A stretch of DNA of 64,000 bases from a virus (IMGVR_UViG_3300017565_000002:64001-128000); one strand, 5' to 3'; numbered from the stretch's first letter, positions 9,283 through 19,461 are shown. Program-made: numbers and translations. The notes: generated by a model from the letters alone, not told the origin.

Positions 9283-9342
9283 TATAAACTTTCCAACCGG
9301 GTATTCTTATAAAATGATCTTTTGTCGACAGAAGACCATTTA

Positions 9343-9378
9343 CGAGTACGGGAGAAATCCCGTACTCGATTATTTTTT
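9343..9378 (+). terminator. intrinsic terminator
   Basis: CGAGTACGGGA-gaaa-TCCCGTACTCG followed by T-rich tail. Confidence 0.85.
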
Positions 9379-9394
9379 GTAGAGGAGGCTAATT

Positions 9395-9631
9395 ATGATT
9401 AAGACACGCAGAAAACTTATTCCGAAAAGACCGCGTGTTGTGGTGTCTGTGTCGGGTGGTGTAGCGGAGATCGAACATAACCCGGAAAACTTGGGAGTTC
9501 TTATCATAGATTTGGATAATGGGGAATCCCCTGTCGATGTAGTCGTTATAGTCGAAGGTGGGGTTGCCTACGAATGGCAATCCTCAGATGTTAATTTAGA
9601 GATCGTCGATTATGACAATGAAGAAGATTAA
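9395..9631 (+). CDS. small hypothetical protein with internal duplication
   Basis: RBS GAGGAGG; VVVSVSGGVA...IIDLDN and VVVIVEGGVA...IVDYDN. Confidence 0.75.
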   Translation: MIKTRRKLIPKRPRVVVSVSGGVAEIEHNPENLGVLIIDLDNGESPVDVVVIVEGGVAYEWQSSDVNLEIVDYDNEED

Positions 9632-9657
9632 TATATAGATTATAATTTTTTTACCTT

Positions 9658-9710
9658 ATATATTATCTTTTTGGTATCTACTAATTTACAAGACCGAAAA
9701 CAATTCAATG
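9658..9710 (+). promoter_or_regulatory. early (ATATATTAT 9658-9666) and late (AACA-attcaa-TG 9699-9710) promoter motifs
   Basis: Upstream of the gyrB-gyrA unit. Confidence 0.5.
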
Positions 9711-9724
9711 GGAGATGAACAAAT

Positions 9725-9811
9725 GTGGACTTTACTGAAGTTCCAGCAAAGATTATCGATGCCATGACTTATTTTAATACAATATGGCAACAAGTAAAGA
9801 ATTTGAAATAG
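9725..9811 (+). CDS. 28-aa small ORF (MDFTEVPAKIIDAMTYFNTIWQQVKNLK)
   Basis: GTG start after GGGAG; the stop overlaps the gyrB RBS. Confidence 0.4.
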   Translation: MDFTEVPAKIIDAMTYFNTIWQQVKNLK

Positions 9812-9822
9812 GAGGTTGACGC

Positions 9823-12183
9823 ATGTATATCATACATCGGCGACATCGTATCGGGTTTAACCCATACGAGTACAATGATGCGTCCGTAACTGTACTTACG
9901 GAAGACAGACTAAGAGTACGAGCCACACCAAAGCTTTACCTTCCTAACGTAGGGAAGGAAGGTGCACTCCATTTGATTGAGGAAGTTGTGGCAAATGCCA
10001 TTGACGAGATTTCATCTCCGGGATCAGTAGGAAATGAGGTTATCGTTATTTACGATGAAAGGACTAAGACTGTTATTGTGCAAGATAACGGTCGGGGATT
10101 TCCTTTCAATAAGCTATTTGACATGTGTGAAGTTCTGAACTCCAGTGCAAAGATGGGTGAAGGTGCAAGAGCCTACAGTACATCCGGTGGTGTACATGGT
10201 ATGGGTCTTAAACTGGTCAACTATTTCACGGAGTATATGACCATTCATACGGAACGCGAAGGAAAGTCTCTGAAGGTTCATTATGTCGATGGACTTCGGA
10301 AAGAAGTTAAACATGGGAAGTCAAAAGAAACTGGTACTTCTGTAGAGTGGAAATACGATAAACGCTTCTTTACCGATATCAATATCACATGTGAAGACAT
10401 CCTGACGATGTTGAGATTAAAAAGTTATGTACTTCGTCTCGGTGCTTCCGTTATCTTTAAAGGAAAGCTCAAGGATGGTTCGGATGTATTAAAGGAGTTC
10501 AAAGATAATACTTTGAAAGACTTCCTTAAACAGCATTCGATCAGTGTTCCTCCGATTGAAATCTCGGATATCTTCGGAGGCGATAGCATCCACGCGATGT
10601 TTAGCTTCAACTCCGAGGCTACCGAGGGTTATACATTTGCGGCGTATACAAATAATATCTTCAATAAATTGGGCGGTTCTCATGTCGATGGCATTCTGGA
10701 AGGGATAAATAGTTTCTTCCGGTCATATCTATATGACGAATACCTGTCTGATAAAGAAAAGAAAGAATTGAAGATTAAAGCTGAAGATTCTCGACTGGGA
10801 TTAGTGGGTATTGTATCCGTACATACACACAATCCATCCTTCGAGGGTGGTCAGCATAAAGCACTTCTTGGTATGAACTCCGTTAAGAATTTTGCATTCC
10901 GGGCGACCCGGAAGGTATTACGTCAAATGGATAAATCCAAGTTGAATAAATTCGCTGCCATCATCAAGGCTAATGCAAAGGCTAGGCAAGCATCTGAGGA
11001 AAGTAAGAAGAGAGTAAAGAAAGATATTACAAATGCGTTCTCTGCTGATAAGATTGAAAACTTTCGACCAATATCTAAGCGCTCTACGCGGTCAGATACG
11101 GAAATGTTTATCGTAGAGGGATTGTCAGCGATGGGTGCAATGGAAGCTGTTGCAGATCGTGACACCCAAGCATTGCTGGCCATTCGTGGTAAACTCGATA
11201 ATGTATTTGATCTTACGCCAGAAGAAGCTGTTAATAAATCTGAATTCGTATCGAACATGGTCGACATTTTTGGTTGTGGTATTGGGAAGACGTTTGATAT
11301 TAAGAAATTCCCGTATGAGCGTATATACCTTGCGACTGATGCGGATACCGACGGAAATGAAATTGCTTGCCAAGGTGCCATGATATTCTTCCGCTTCTTT
11401 GAACCCGTTGTAACGGCTGGGAAGTTATATCGTGCTGTACCGCCACTATATGAAATTCGTCAAGATGGGAAATCAATGTTTGTCCCAACGAGTCGTATAT
11501 TCTTGACGATAACTCAACAAAACTTCGTTAAGCAAAATACAGTCTATTTGAACGGTAAGCCATTGAGAGGGGACCATATTCTTGATCTCCTGATGCGAAA
11601 CGAGACTTACGTTACTCAAATCAATCGTATTGCAGATGAGTACGCCATTTCTCCAATATTATGTGAGTTTTTAATTAAGAATCAAGCAATTGGGTTTGGA
11701 AATGATACAGTGGATAAGTGGAGCAAAGCACTGGCACGTAATTTTACGTTCTTGAAGGTTCAACCCGGAGAATTTGGTATCTCCATCGTTGGGATGATCA
11801 AAACCGAGTTTAATCTGTTTGATTATGTAAAAGAATTTAGCGAGGACATCCAAACAATATCCCTCGATAGGGAGTTTTATGGGTATTCGATCAATGATAA
11901 AGATAAGTCCCACCTATCCTTATATGAAACGCTGAAAGAATTCGAAAAGTTTCAGCCGAATATCATATCTAGGTTTAAAGGTCTCGGTGAGATGAATTCG
12001 AAAGACATGAAGCGTACGATCATGGAACGGAAAGTCCGCCATAGCATTCGTCTCACAGCAAGGCATCTCCAAGACACATATGATAAACTTGCTGTCATGC
12101 ATTCACGGAGACCAAACTATCAGAAGCTTAGAAAGGAATTCATTTCAAACTTTAAATTCGATATCATGGATATCGATACGTAG
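9823..12183 (+). CDS. gyrB: type IIA topoisomerase B subunit (GyrB/ParE-like)
   Basis: EVVANAIDE, QDNGRG, GGVHGMGL, IVEGLSA, IRGK, ATDADTDG, RFKGLGEM. Confidence 0.95.
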   Translation: MYIIHRRHRIGFNPYEYNDASVTVLTEDRLRVRATPKLYLPNVGKEGALHLIEEVVANAIDEISSPGSVGNEVIVIYDERTKTVIVQDNGRGFPFNKLFDMCEVLNSSAKMGEGARAYSTSGGVHGMGLKLVNYFTEYMTIHTEREGKSLKVHYVDGLRKEVKHGKSKETGTSVEWKYDKRFFTDINITCEDILTMLRLKSYVLRLGASVIFKGKLKDGSDVLKEFKDNTLKDFLKQHSISVPPIEISDIFGGDSIHAMFSFNSEATEGYTFAAYTNNIFNKLGGSHVDGILEGINSFFRSYLYDEYLSDKEKKELKIKAEDSRLGLVGIVSVHTHNPSFEGGQHKALLGMNSVKNFAFRATRKVLRQMDKSKLNKFAAIIKANAKARQASEESKKRVKKDITNAFSADKIENFRPISKRSTRSDTEMFIVEGLSAMGAMEAVADRDTQALLAIRGKLDNVFDLTPEEAVNKSEFVSNMVDIFGCGIGKTFDIKKFPYERIYLATDADTDGNEIACQGAMIFFRFFEPVVTAGKLYRAVPPLYEIRQDGKSMFVPTSRIFLTITQQNFVKQNTVYLNGKPLRGDHILDLLMRNETYVTQINRIADEYAISPILCEFLIKNQAIGFGNDTVDKWSKALARNFTFLKVQPGEFGISIVGMIKTEFNLFDYVKEFSEDIQTISLDREFYGYSINDKDKSHLSLYETLKEFEKFQPNIISRFKGLGEMNSKDMKRTIMERKVRHSIRLTARHLQDTYDKLAVMHSRRPNYQKLRKEFISNFKFDIMDIDT

Positions 12184-12195
12184 TGGAGGGAAGAT

Positions 12196-14658
12196 ATGTA
12201 TCGTTTAAGATTCAAACCCGAATTTGAGCGACAACGTTATGGGGATAATGATTGGGAGAATATCGATAATGAAGATCTGGGATCATTTGATGAGAAACAT
12301 GTTGCAACTCACGCGATGAATCGAAATCTCCAAAGAGATATCCCGTTCTTCTATGACGGTCTAAAGACCGTTCAACGCCGTTTGTTGTACTCAATGGCAC
12401 TGATGGGCCTATGGCCTGATAAGAAAGATCACAAGAAGAATATGACTAAAGCTGCGGGTGTTATCGGTGAGGTACTTACCAGATTCCACCCACATGGTGA
12501 GCTAAGTTCATATAAGGCTCTGATCTATATGCGTCAGCCTTGGAGACACTTACTCCCCTTAATTGATTTCAATGGAAACTATGGGACGGCAAAAGATCCG
12601 AACTCTTACGCACATATGCGATATGTAAGTGCGCGACTATCGGAATTTGCATACGATTGCTTCTTTGACTCTGATGAATGGGACTTGAAATCGGATCTGG
12701 TAGATCGACGTGTATCCTTTAACGGTAAAGATCTGGAGCCGATTTATCTACCGGCCAAATATCCTTTATTCCTTATGGGTTGGAGTAGCGGAATAGGGCA
12801 TGGGTTATCGACAAGTAGTCCGGGGTTTTTGCCACAAGATGCGATGCAGACTGTTATCACATTAATCGACAACCCCGATGCCGATTTTGTTCTATATCCG
12901 GAAGATCCGTTAGGCTGCACAATTCTGGATAAGAAAGTGTTTAAGAAATTTGTGGACTACACACCAACTATCACGGATGATACAAATCTAACATTCCGCG
13001 TTCGCTCTAACTATAGTGTGACAAAGGATACAATCATCGTTCATAACACACCGTTTGAGGTGAATCCGGTTATGATCGAAAAGCGTATCAAAGAACTTGT
13101 TATCGGTGGGAAACTAGATGGTATCTCGGATATTGAGATCAATCTTAGACCCGGAACAATCCCACAGTTAGGTGAAGACGGTAACACAGCAGAGATTATA
13201 ATTGACGTTAAAAAGGGTTTTGACCCACATATTTTGATGGATAAGCTATACAAGGTGACTGAGCTTCAAGTCACATTCCCATTGAATTGTGTATACGTCA
13301 TGACTGATCATAATGTCAAGTTTAATCTGAGACAGAGCATCTTGACATGGATTAACCTAAGACGTCGTGTGTTGAAACGGATGTTCCGACTTCGGCTAAG
13401 CGATGACTCTAAGCGGATATACGTGCTGGATGCTCTTATTAAGATCTTTGATAAAAATGGCATTGAAACTGTAATTAAGATCATCAAGAATAATAAACGC
13501 CAAGAAGCTATCAACCTACTCATCAAGTCGTTTGATATCAGCGATTATCAAGCCAATCAGATCCAGAATATGCGTATTCGGGATTTGTCACCGGAGTCGT
13601 ACGACGACTATGTCAATGAGCGGAAGAAGCTTATGAAGAAGATTGATGAGGTTCAAGAAATCTTGAAATCCAAGAAGGGTATCGACAAACTCATCAAGAA
13701 GCAAATGGAAGAAGGTATACAGAAGTATTCGAGGAAGAGATTGTCTAAGGTCATAAACCTAAGCGATGATAGTGTGGACGACGAATCTACCCACATCGTT
13801 GCTGTTACGGATACGACTTTTGTCAAGAAGTTGTCGACAATAGATGATGGTCTCGGCAAACTCCCTCAAGACTCTAAGTTTATCTTTATGCGGAAAGCCG
13901 TTTCGAATGCAGCCAAGTTGTTTATGTTTACACCGTCCGGTCGAGTATTCAGCGAGTTCGTGCATAAAATAAAGCTGTCTAGCATTGAAGGTGTTGGTAT
14001 GTACTTCCGCCGGAAGATGAAGACTGATGATATCCAGTTTACATCGGCGGTTGCAGCATTAACGAATACAAAGTCGTCGCTTATCTTTGTGACGAAGCGA
14101 GGCGGAGTCAAGCAGACAAAGACAGAAAACTATTTCGCCACGTCACAGAACAGCACCGCGACAAGATTACAAGATGGAGATTCTTTGGTATCCATCATTG
14201 AGTCGACATCCGACAAAGATCGTATCTTGATCTACACCAAAAATGGGAAGTGTGGGCTGTTTAACGTGAAGGATATCACCTTAACGTCCCGTACGACTGT
14301 TGGTGTCATTGGCATAAGACTGGAAGACGGGGATGAAGTTATCGGAGCCTGTCTGGTTGCAAGTAACCACAGCCACTTCATCACAGTCTCCATTAAAGGA
14401 GAGTTCAAGCGAGTTTCACTTGAGACTTCTCTGACCTCTATGCGTAGAGGAGATCTGGGTGTAGACATAATGGCAAGATCGGAAGAATTGAACGCAGTAT
14501 TTTCGATAGATTCGAAGACCAAGTCTATCATGATTCTTGCCGGAGACGAACTAAAGGAGATCGACATTGAGACGATCCCGATTAGAACACGTCTTTCCAA
14601 TGGGGAGAAGCTGATAAACTGGCTTCGGGGATATCAAGTCGTTCGGGTAAATGACTAA
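12196..14658 (+). CDS. gyrA: type IIA topoisomerase A subunit (GyrA/ParC-like) with beta-pinwheel CTD
   Basis: DGLKTVQRR, GEVLTRFHPHGE, YAHMRY (catalytic Tyr); CTD blade repeats such as SRTTVGVIGIRL. Confidence 0.95.
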   Translation: MYRLRFKPEFERQRYGDNDWENIDNEDLGSFDEKHVATHAMNRNLQRDIPFFYDGLKTVQRRLLYSMALMGLWPDKKDHKKNMTKAAGVIGEVLTRFHPHGELSSYKALIYMRQPWRHLLPLIDFNGNYGTAKDPNSYAHMRYVSARLSEFAYDCFFDSDEWDLKSDLVDRRVSFNGKDLEPIYLPAKYPLFLMGWSSGIGHGLSTSSPGFLPQDAMQTVITLIDNPDADFVLYPEDPLGCTILDKKVFKKFVDYTPTITDDTNLTFRVRSNYSVTKDTIIVHNTPFEVNPVMIEKRIKELVIGGKLDGISDIEINLRPGTIPQLGEDGNTAEIIIDVKKGFDPHILMDKLYKVTELQVTFPLNCVYVMTDHNVKFNLRQSILTWINLRRRVLKRMFRLRLSDDSKRIYVLDALIKIFDKNGIETVIKIIKNNKRQEAINLLIKSFDISDYQANQIQNMRIRDLSPESYDDYVNERKKLMKKIDEVQEILKSKKGIDKLIKKQMEEGIQKYSRKRLSKVINLSDDSVDDESTHIVAVTDTTFVKKLSTIDDGLGKLPQDSKFIFMRKAVSNAAKLFMFTPSGRVFSEFVHKIKLSSIEGVGMYFRRKMKTDDIQFTSAVAALTNTKSSLIFVTKRGGVKQTKTENYFATSQNSTATRLQDGDSLVSIIESTSDKDRILIYTKNGKCGLFNVKDITLTSRTTVGVIGIRLEDGDEVIGACLVASNHSHFITVSIKGEFKRVSLETSLTSMRRGDLGVDIMARSEELNAVFSIDSKTKSIMILAGDELKEIDIETIPIRTRLSNGEKLINWLRGYQVVRVND

Positions 14659-14663
14659 AGAAA

Positions 14664-14702
14664 AGGCAGAGAGGATTTCTCCTCTCTGCTTATTTTTTTT
14701 TC
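14664..14702. terminator. bidirectional terminator between convergent genes
   Basis: GCAGAGAGG/CCTCTCTGC with A-run before and T-run after. Confidence 0.8.
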
Positions 14703-16131
14703 ATTCAGGTCCGATCAGGTTCATCAGGCTTTCTCGGTCCTTGGTGTCAAAATGATGAAATTCTTTCAGGATATCATAGCATTCTTGAAGTGTTTGGGGG
14801 TCTTTTGTTTCTTTAGGCAACTCTTCAAGTCCATCGATATAATTCAAATCCTTAGGCCTCAATCCAAAGAACAGAATCCGTATATCATCGTTATTTTTAA
14901 TGATCTTATTCATAGCCTTACGATAGATCACGATATCCTTATCCTTGAATTTACTCTTTTCTGCAACTTTCTTAAATTCCTCCAATTTCTTCTTAGCTTC
15001 ATCTAAATCTTTCTTGATTTCATCATATGCATCTTCGTTTATTTCTTTCTTTAACTCTTTCTCAAGGTTATCGACAATAGCTTGGAATCTTGTTATGTTC
15101 AATGGATGCGGATCAAACGCTAACCGGACGATACTAAAAGGAAGTGAAAGAAGTCGAGTCAGTGGGTTGCGTATCATCAGTGTATTAGCCCGTGTGTTAA
15201 ACTTACCTAGGCTTGAGATTATATCTCCACCATAGCCATACACGGTAGAAATGTAGTCACTTAGTAATTCTTGTCTATATCTGGATTTAAGTGTAAAGAT
15301 GTTTGAAAATGCTATGACGGCTCCCACAACGTTTAGTTTTTTACCGACACCTATGGTGGCTAAGAATATCCTTTTCCATGCGTCTAAAAATATCTTAGTT
15401 GGTTGGTTATGCGTCAAAATTGCTATCGTGTTTCTAATAGTAGTGAAAGTACCAAAAAGACCACTTATAACCAGTTGTGTTTCTTTGGCAGCAACAGCGT
15501 CACGCCTTGGTACTTTCGAAAAGTTATCTATCATTCGAGCTATGAAGTTGTCAACCTTCTCAAATGTAGGCGTTATGAATTTATTTAGCAGCATATACAT
15601 TATCAATGGTACGACAGTAACACCAAATGCCAATGCTGTTAGTGCATTTTGTATCTGGGCGGAAGGTAGAACCATCTTCATTGAGTGACCAATCTCATGG
15701 AGGATGATACCCACACACTCAGCACCAGTGAATTTACCCAATGCCATGAGTGTTAGGTCAATAAATATAACAGCCTCTACCTGGTCTTCTGTCTTAAACG
15801 CAACACCAGTCTCCGTCCGTTGAAGTTCTAATTTTTTAACAACATATTTAAATTTAAAGGTAGTGACTGGAATTGTCATGGCCAACGATGCCGGGAGGGT
15901 ACTGATGACCAGTTTTTTGAAGTTAAACATCTCTTGAAGAATGGCTTGAACCTGTTTAACTTCTTTTCGTCCATCTTTGGACCGCAACGCTTTCTCCATT
16001 AATCTTTCACATTCCAATAGTTTTTCATTTTTCCCATAGTAAGCTTCATGAATCAGTTGTCCCGGGGATTCTGCTGGTGGTGTATCTATTTGACCTTCTT
16101 GTATCAACCGCAATCGCTCACGTATGTCCAT
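14701..16131 (-). CDS. zincin-like metalloprotease (HExxH), putative internal head protein
   Basis: IILHEIGH, downstream E..SD..and HP motifs; N-terminus MDIRERLRLIQEG. Confidence 0.7.
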   Translation of the reverse strand: MDIRERLRLIQEGQIDTPPAESPGQLIHEAYYGKNEKLLECERLMEKALRSKDGRKEVKQVQAILQEMFNFKKLVISTLPASLAMTIPVTTFKFKYVVKKLELQRTETGVAFKTEDQVEAVIFIDLTLMALGKFTGAECVGIILHEIGHSMKMVLPSAQIQNALTALAFGVTVVPLIMYMLLNKFITPTFEKVDNFIARMIDNFSKVPRRDAVAAKETQLVISGLFGTFTTIRNTIAILTHNQPTKIFLDAWKRIFLATIGVGKKLNVVGAVIAFSNIFTLKSRYRQELLSDYISTVYGYGGDIISSLGKFNTRANTLMIRNPLTRLLSLPFSIVRLAFDPHPLNITRFQAIVDNLEKELKKEINEDAYDEIKKDLDEAKKKLEEFKKVAEKSKFKDKDIVIYRKAMNKIIKNNDDIRILFFGLRPKDLNYIDGLEELPKETKDPQTLQECYDILKEFHHFDTKDRESLMNLIGPE

Positions 16132-16157
16132 AATTACCGCCCTTCCATCGAGATATT

Positions 16158-16192
16158 AATGTAGTGTTAAAAACGGTTGAAACAGCTAATTA
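16158..16192. promoter_or_regulatory. divergent pair of late promoters
   Basis: Minus strand AACA-ctacat-TA (16169-16158); plus strand AACA-gctaat-TA (16181-16192). Confidence 0.55.
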
Positions 16193-16220
16193 AAATGAAC
16201 GTTCATCGGGAGGTAAACTT

Positions 16221-17390
16221 ATGGTATCCGAAACTCATGTTGTCGATTCATTATATCCAAGAGTCGAGAAATCTCTTGCCAAAAAAGAAAACGTCAATAT
16301 GTTACTTGCTCATATCTCCAAATTCATCGATAAGAATAATCACATCTTCTTTAGTTTGAATTTTTCCGAACGGCTAGTCTTGGGTGAACATGACAAGTCA
16401 ATTGTGTTCAAGGTCATGGGGATTGACGAAGCTGAGGTTGATAAGGTCATCAAAGAATCTCCCCCTATTGCCGGTCTTAAATGGGTGTCCAACTCCTTTA
16501 CCGTCATGATGGGTATGGCGATTCGATATTTTGCCACAAAGAAGATGAAGAAAGAGGTAGAAGTATGTATCGTCTTTCTAGCATCTTTGTATTATACCTT
16601 GACCCACGTCCGAAGCTTTCCCTATCTTCCAAATAAAGAAACGATGGATTATACCTTGAATAAGAATCCCAAAGTGACCAATAGTTTCATTGTCAAGAAA
16701 GTCGGGACTATCTTTAATCTGATTCGCTACACAAGTGTCACATCCCATAATTTCTATGAGAAAGAACTCATTGGAAAATGTACGGATGTCCAGTTGAATA
16801 ACTATCTATCTGCCATCCGCACACGCGTCGGGTCAAACATGAAAAACTTGGCCACTTATTATTATGAAGACCACAAGGCTAATAATTTCATGAATAAGGA
16901 TACAGAGTCTTTTGAAGAGGAGAATTACCGAACTATCGACAGCACCATATTGGACATTGCTAAGATATCTAGTAAGACTGCAACTAACTTGGTAAGCTAT
17001 CGATTTAATCGGGGGTTTATTGATCAAAGTGCATCTATGGATATAAACACATCACCAACGAAACTTTCCCATATATTAGACAATATCATAGAGTATCACA
17101 GAAGAGATCTGGAGAAATTCATCTCATCTGTGCTAGAGCTTTATGTATTTGAGGGAAATAACAATATCAAAGAAGTTTCAAGCCTCAAGTTTCTGACTCA
17201 CTCTCTTAATCTCTATAAGACAAATTCAACACGTCCAAAAGTAATAGAGATTAAGGAGTTCCTAGATCGTTGGATTGAAGACGGAAGTAAAAAGTTTGGT
17301 AATCAGTTTGTAAGACCGGCTACACTTAATGCCTATCGGAAATGTATCTTTATGGTATTCGTCTATAGTATAAATAGAGAAGCTCGCTAG
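16221..17390 (+). CDS. hypothetical protein, late class
   Basis: 389 aa with RBS GGGAGG; co-transcribed with the RNAP beta fragment. Confidence 0.8.
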   Translation: MVSETHVVDSLYPRVEKSLAKKENVNMLLAHISKFIDKNNHIFFSLNFSERLVLGEHDKSIVFKVMGIDEAEVDKVIKESPPIAGLKWVSNSFTVMMGMAIRYFATKKMKKEVEVCIVFLASLYYTLTHVRSFPYLPNKETMDYTLNKNPKVTNSFIVKKVGTIFNLIRYTSVTSHNFYEKELIGKCTDVQLNNYLSAIRTRVGSNMKNLATYYYEDHKANNFMNKDTESFEEENYRTIDSTILDIAKISSKTATNLVSYRFNRGFIDQSASMDINTSPTKLSHILDNIIEYHRRDLEKFISSVLELYVFEGNNNIKEVSSLKFLTHSLNLYKTNSTRPKVIEIKEFLDRWIEDGSKKFGNQFVRPATLNAYRKCIFMVFVYSINREAR

Positions 17391-17399
17391 GAGGAAACG

Positions 17400-18140
17400 A
17401 TGATGACTAAAAGTACACCGATCAAGGAATATATCTACAGGGTACTGGATGCAATCGACAAAACTGGGGCGAATACAGATCGCTATAGAAAGTATTTTGA
17501 ATCCATGAATGAGGAGCAATTCAAGAAAGAAATCAAAGCATTCCTTCTAGATGAGAATGAACATTTCTTCGTCGAATTGGATGCATTTGAGAATAACTTG
17601 ACAATGGAAGAGATTCAAGAGGCGGCAGATATTGCAAACGTCTTAATTTCCGATTACCTTGTGCTTCCTCATATAAGCGACGATAAAGATGATCCTTATA
17701 TAACCAATGAGAAAGTGATGATTGGTTGGATGCCACAACGGAGGGTCCAGCAATCCAGATCGGTTAAGAACCACCTGTCGGTATCTATCGATAAGCGCAA
17801 TCCGAAAACGGGGCAGGTTATTGATGAAGATAAGAATGCTCGGATGTCGGATAGCGAGATGTACCAACTTCTCTATCAGAACTCTCCGAACGCACTGCAT
17901 GAATTCTTTGGACCAAGATCAGATGATATGGTCATGAAGAATGAAATGCTCTATCAGTTGCAGCGAAAGGGTTCTGTATCCTTGGATGAACTCCCGAATA
18001 GTCCAGAGAATAAAACGTCTCTCAACTATCTGAATTACCTGCTATTGGCCGCAGGGTATACGAGCGATCTGGTTGACGGTAACGGGCTACTCCCCATTGT
18101 AGCGAATAGGGGTGGAAAGCTTTACCGGGATGACGATTAA
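17400..18140 (+). CDS. RNA polymerase beta extreme C-terminal fragment, probably virion RNAP
   Basis: RRVQQSRSVKNHLS...NPKTGQ...ARMSDSEMYQL...LHEFFGPRSDDM aligns with the bacterial beta KRLKHMVDDKIHARS...GQRFGEMEVWAL...LQEMLTVKSDD segment. Confidence 0.75.
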   Translation: MMTKSTPIKEYIYRVLDAIDKTGANTDRYRKYFESMNEEQFKKEIKAFLLDENEHFFVELDAFENNLTMEEIQEAADIANVLISDYLVLPHISDDKDDPYITNEKVMIGWMPQRRVQQSRSVKNHLSVSIDKRNPKTGQVIDEDKNARMSDSEMYQLLYQNSPNALHEFFGPRSDDMVMKNEMLYQLQRKGSVSLDELPNSPENKTSLNYLNYLLLAAGYTSDLVDGNGLLPIVANRGGKLYRDDD

Positions 18141-18202
18141 AATGAATATTTAGGTAACACTAAATCACAGGAGGGTTACAGCACATACATTTTAATACAG
18201 GC

Positions 18203-18211
18203 ATATATTAT
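18203..18211 (+). promoter_or_regulatory. early promoter motif ATATATTAT
   Basis: Intergenic; followed by a leader hairpin and a strong RBS. Confidence 0.55.
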
Positions 18212-18271
18212 CATACAGATGGCGTCATATAAATGTAATGTGCCAAAACTTTTGAAAAGGAGGATAAGAGT

Positions 18272-18421
18272 ATGTCGAACAATGCGAAACATGACACGAC
18301 TAAAAAAGAGCAAAGCCCTACTTACGGTCTTATTCAAGAAGTCGCAATTGGCGAAATTCTTTCCACACAGATGCTCAATGAGAATCAGATAGTTGTGGAA
18401 GATCGTAAATCGGAGCGGTAA
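18272..18421 (+). CDS. 49-aa small protein not in the ORF track
   Basis: AAGGAGG RBS then MSNNAKHDTTKKEQSPTYGLIQEVAIGEILSTQMLNENQIVVEDRKSER*. Confidence 0.65.
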   Translation: MSNNAKHDTTKKEQSPTYGLIQEVAIGEILSTQMLNENQIVVEDRKSER

Positions 18422-18484
18422 TGCCTCTTGGCATTACCTCTTTTCTTTATGCGTCAAAATCTTAAATGCCTAGGAGATGACTTT

Positions 18485-19378
18485 ATGTTTCTTTCGTCCC
18501 AAACTAAGACGCGATATCGGGTGGTAAATCGCAGAAAGTTTATCATTTCATCCACGCTCACAATCCTATTCTTGGCTGCCATGATGTACACGGTAGCGTT
18601 GGGTGTTAGAGCAGGGGTTGTATGGGCAACTGAAGTGATGGCCGTTGAGCCTGAGATTGTGTTGACAGAGGAGATTGCAGAGAACGTGGAAGTGCAGCCG
18701 AAGCCTATCTCATATCAATATTCGATGGGTGATATTTCGATTGACACAGAGGATAAAGATCAATTTATTGAAGAACTCGAAACTCTCCTGACGGAGAGCA
18801 TTCAACGTAATGATGCACTTGAGAATAAATACCAATTACTTAATCAGAATATCAAACAAGTCACAAAGGAAGATATCCGCATCTATAAAGAATATGATTA
18901 TGTATTAGATTACAATTCATCAGATTTTACCGTCGACGATATCAAGATGGTTGAAAAACTATGTAAGGAGTATGGCAATATTGTAAATCCTCATTTATGG
19001 TTTGCCCTTGTAGAATTAGAGAGTGCATATCGGTCGAACACGAAAAACTCCAAATCATCTGCAAGTGGATGGGGACAAGTGATCAAAGGAACAGGTCGTT
19101 ATATATATGAGAATAAACTTAAGCTTGGTACGTACAACCATGCAAAGATGGGTATCAGCAAGGAAGTCAATGCACGTATATCTATATACTACCTAAGCGA
19201 TCTCATTAATGAAACAAAGAGTGTAAACCGAGCACTCATTCGATATAATGGGGGAGAATTGGGAGCGCGGTATGCCTCCATCGTCTCATCCAAATTAAAA
19301 AAGAATAGTAACCTAACTTTAAAACAGGTGCAAACATTTGCAGATAAGGGAATCAAACAATCTGCCACCGCTCTTTAA
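18485..19378 (+). CDS. membrane-anchored SLT-family lytic transglycosylase
   Basis: N-terminal TM segment, coiled coil, ELES (catalytic E), SSASGWGQ, RYNGG. Start re-assigned to ATG 18485 (RBS AGGAG). Confidence 0.8.
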   Translation: MFLSSQTKTRYRVVNRRKFIISSTLTILFLAAMMYTVALGVRAGVVWATEVMAVEPEIVLTEEIAENVEVQPKPISYQYSMGDISIDTEDKDQFIEELETLLTESIQRNDALENKYQLLNQNIKQVTKEDIRIYKEYDYVLDYNSSDFTVDDIKMVEKLCKEYGNIVNPHLWFALVELESAYRSNTKNSKSSASGWGQVIKGTGRYIYENKLKLGTYNHAKMGISKEVNARISIYYLSDLINETKSVNRALIRYNGGELGARYASIVSSKLKKNSNLTLKQVQTFADKGIKQSATAL

Positions 19379-19398
19379 GAGCGTTTATAATATACATG

Positions 19399-19428
19399 CT
19401 CTCCGGCCTATATCGTCGGAGAGTTTTT
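19399..19428 (+). terminator. intrinsic terminator
   Basis: CTCTCCGGC/GTCGGAGAG followed by TTTTT. Confidence 0.75.
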
Positions 19429-19452
19429 CATATACTGATTTTTCCTATGCTT

Positions 19453-19461
19453 ATATATTAT
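19453..19461 (+). promoter_or_regulatory. early promoter motif ATATATTAT
   Basis: Upstream of the tubulin gene; leader hairpin AACTTAC/GTAAGTT. Confidence 0.55.
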
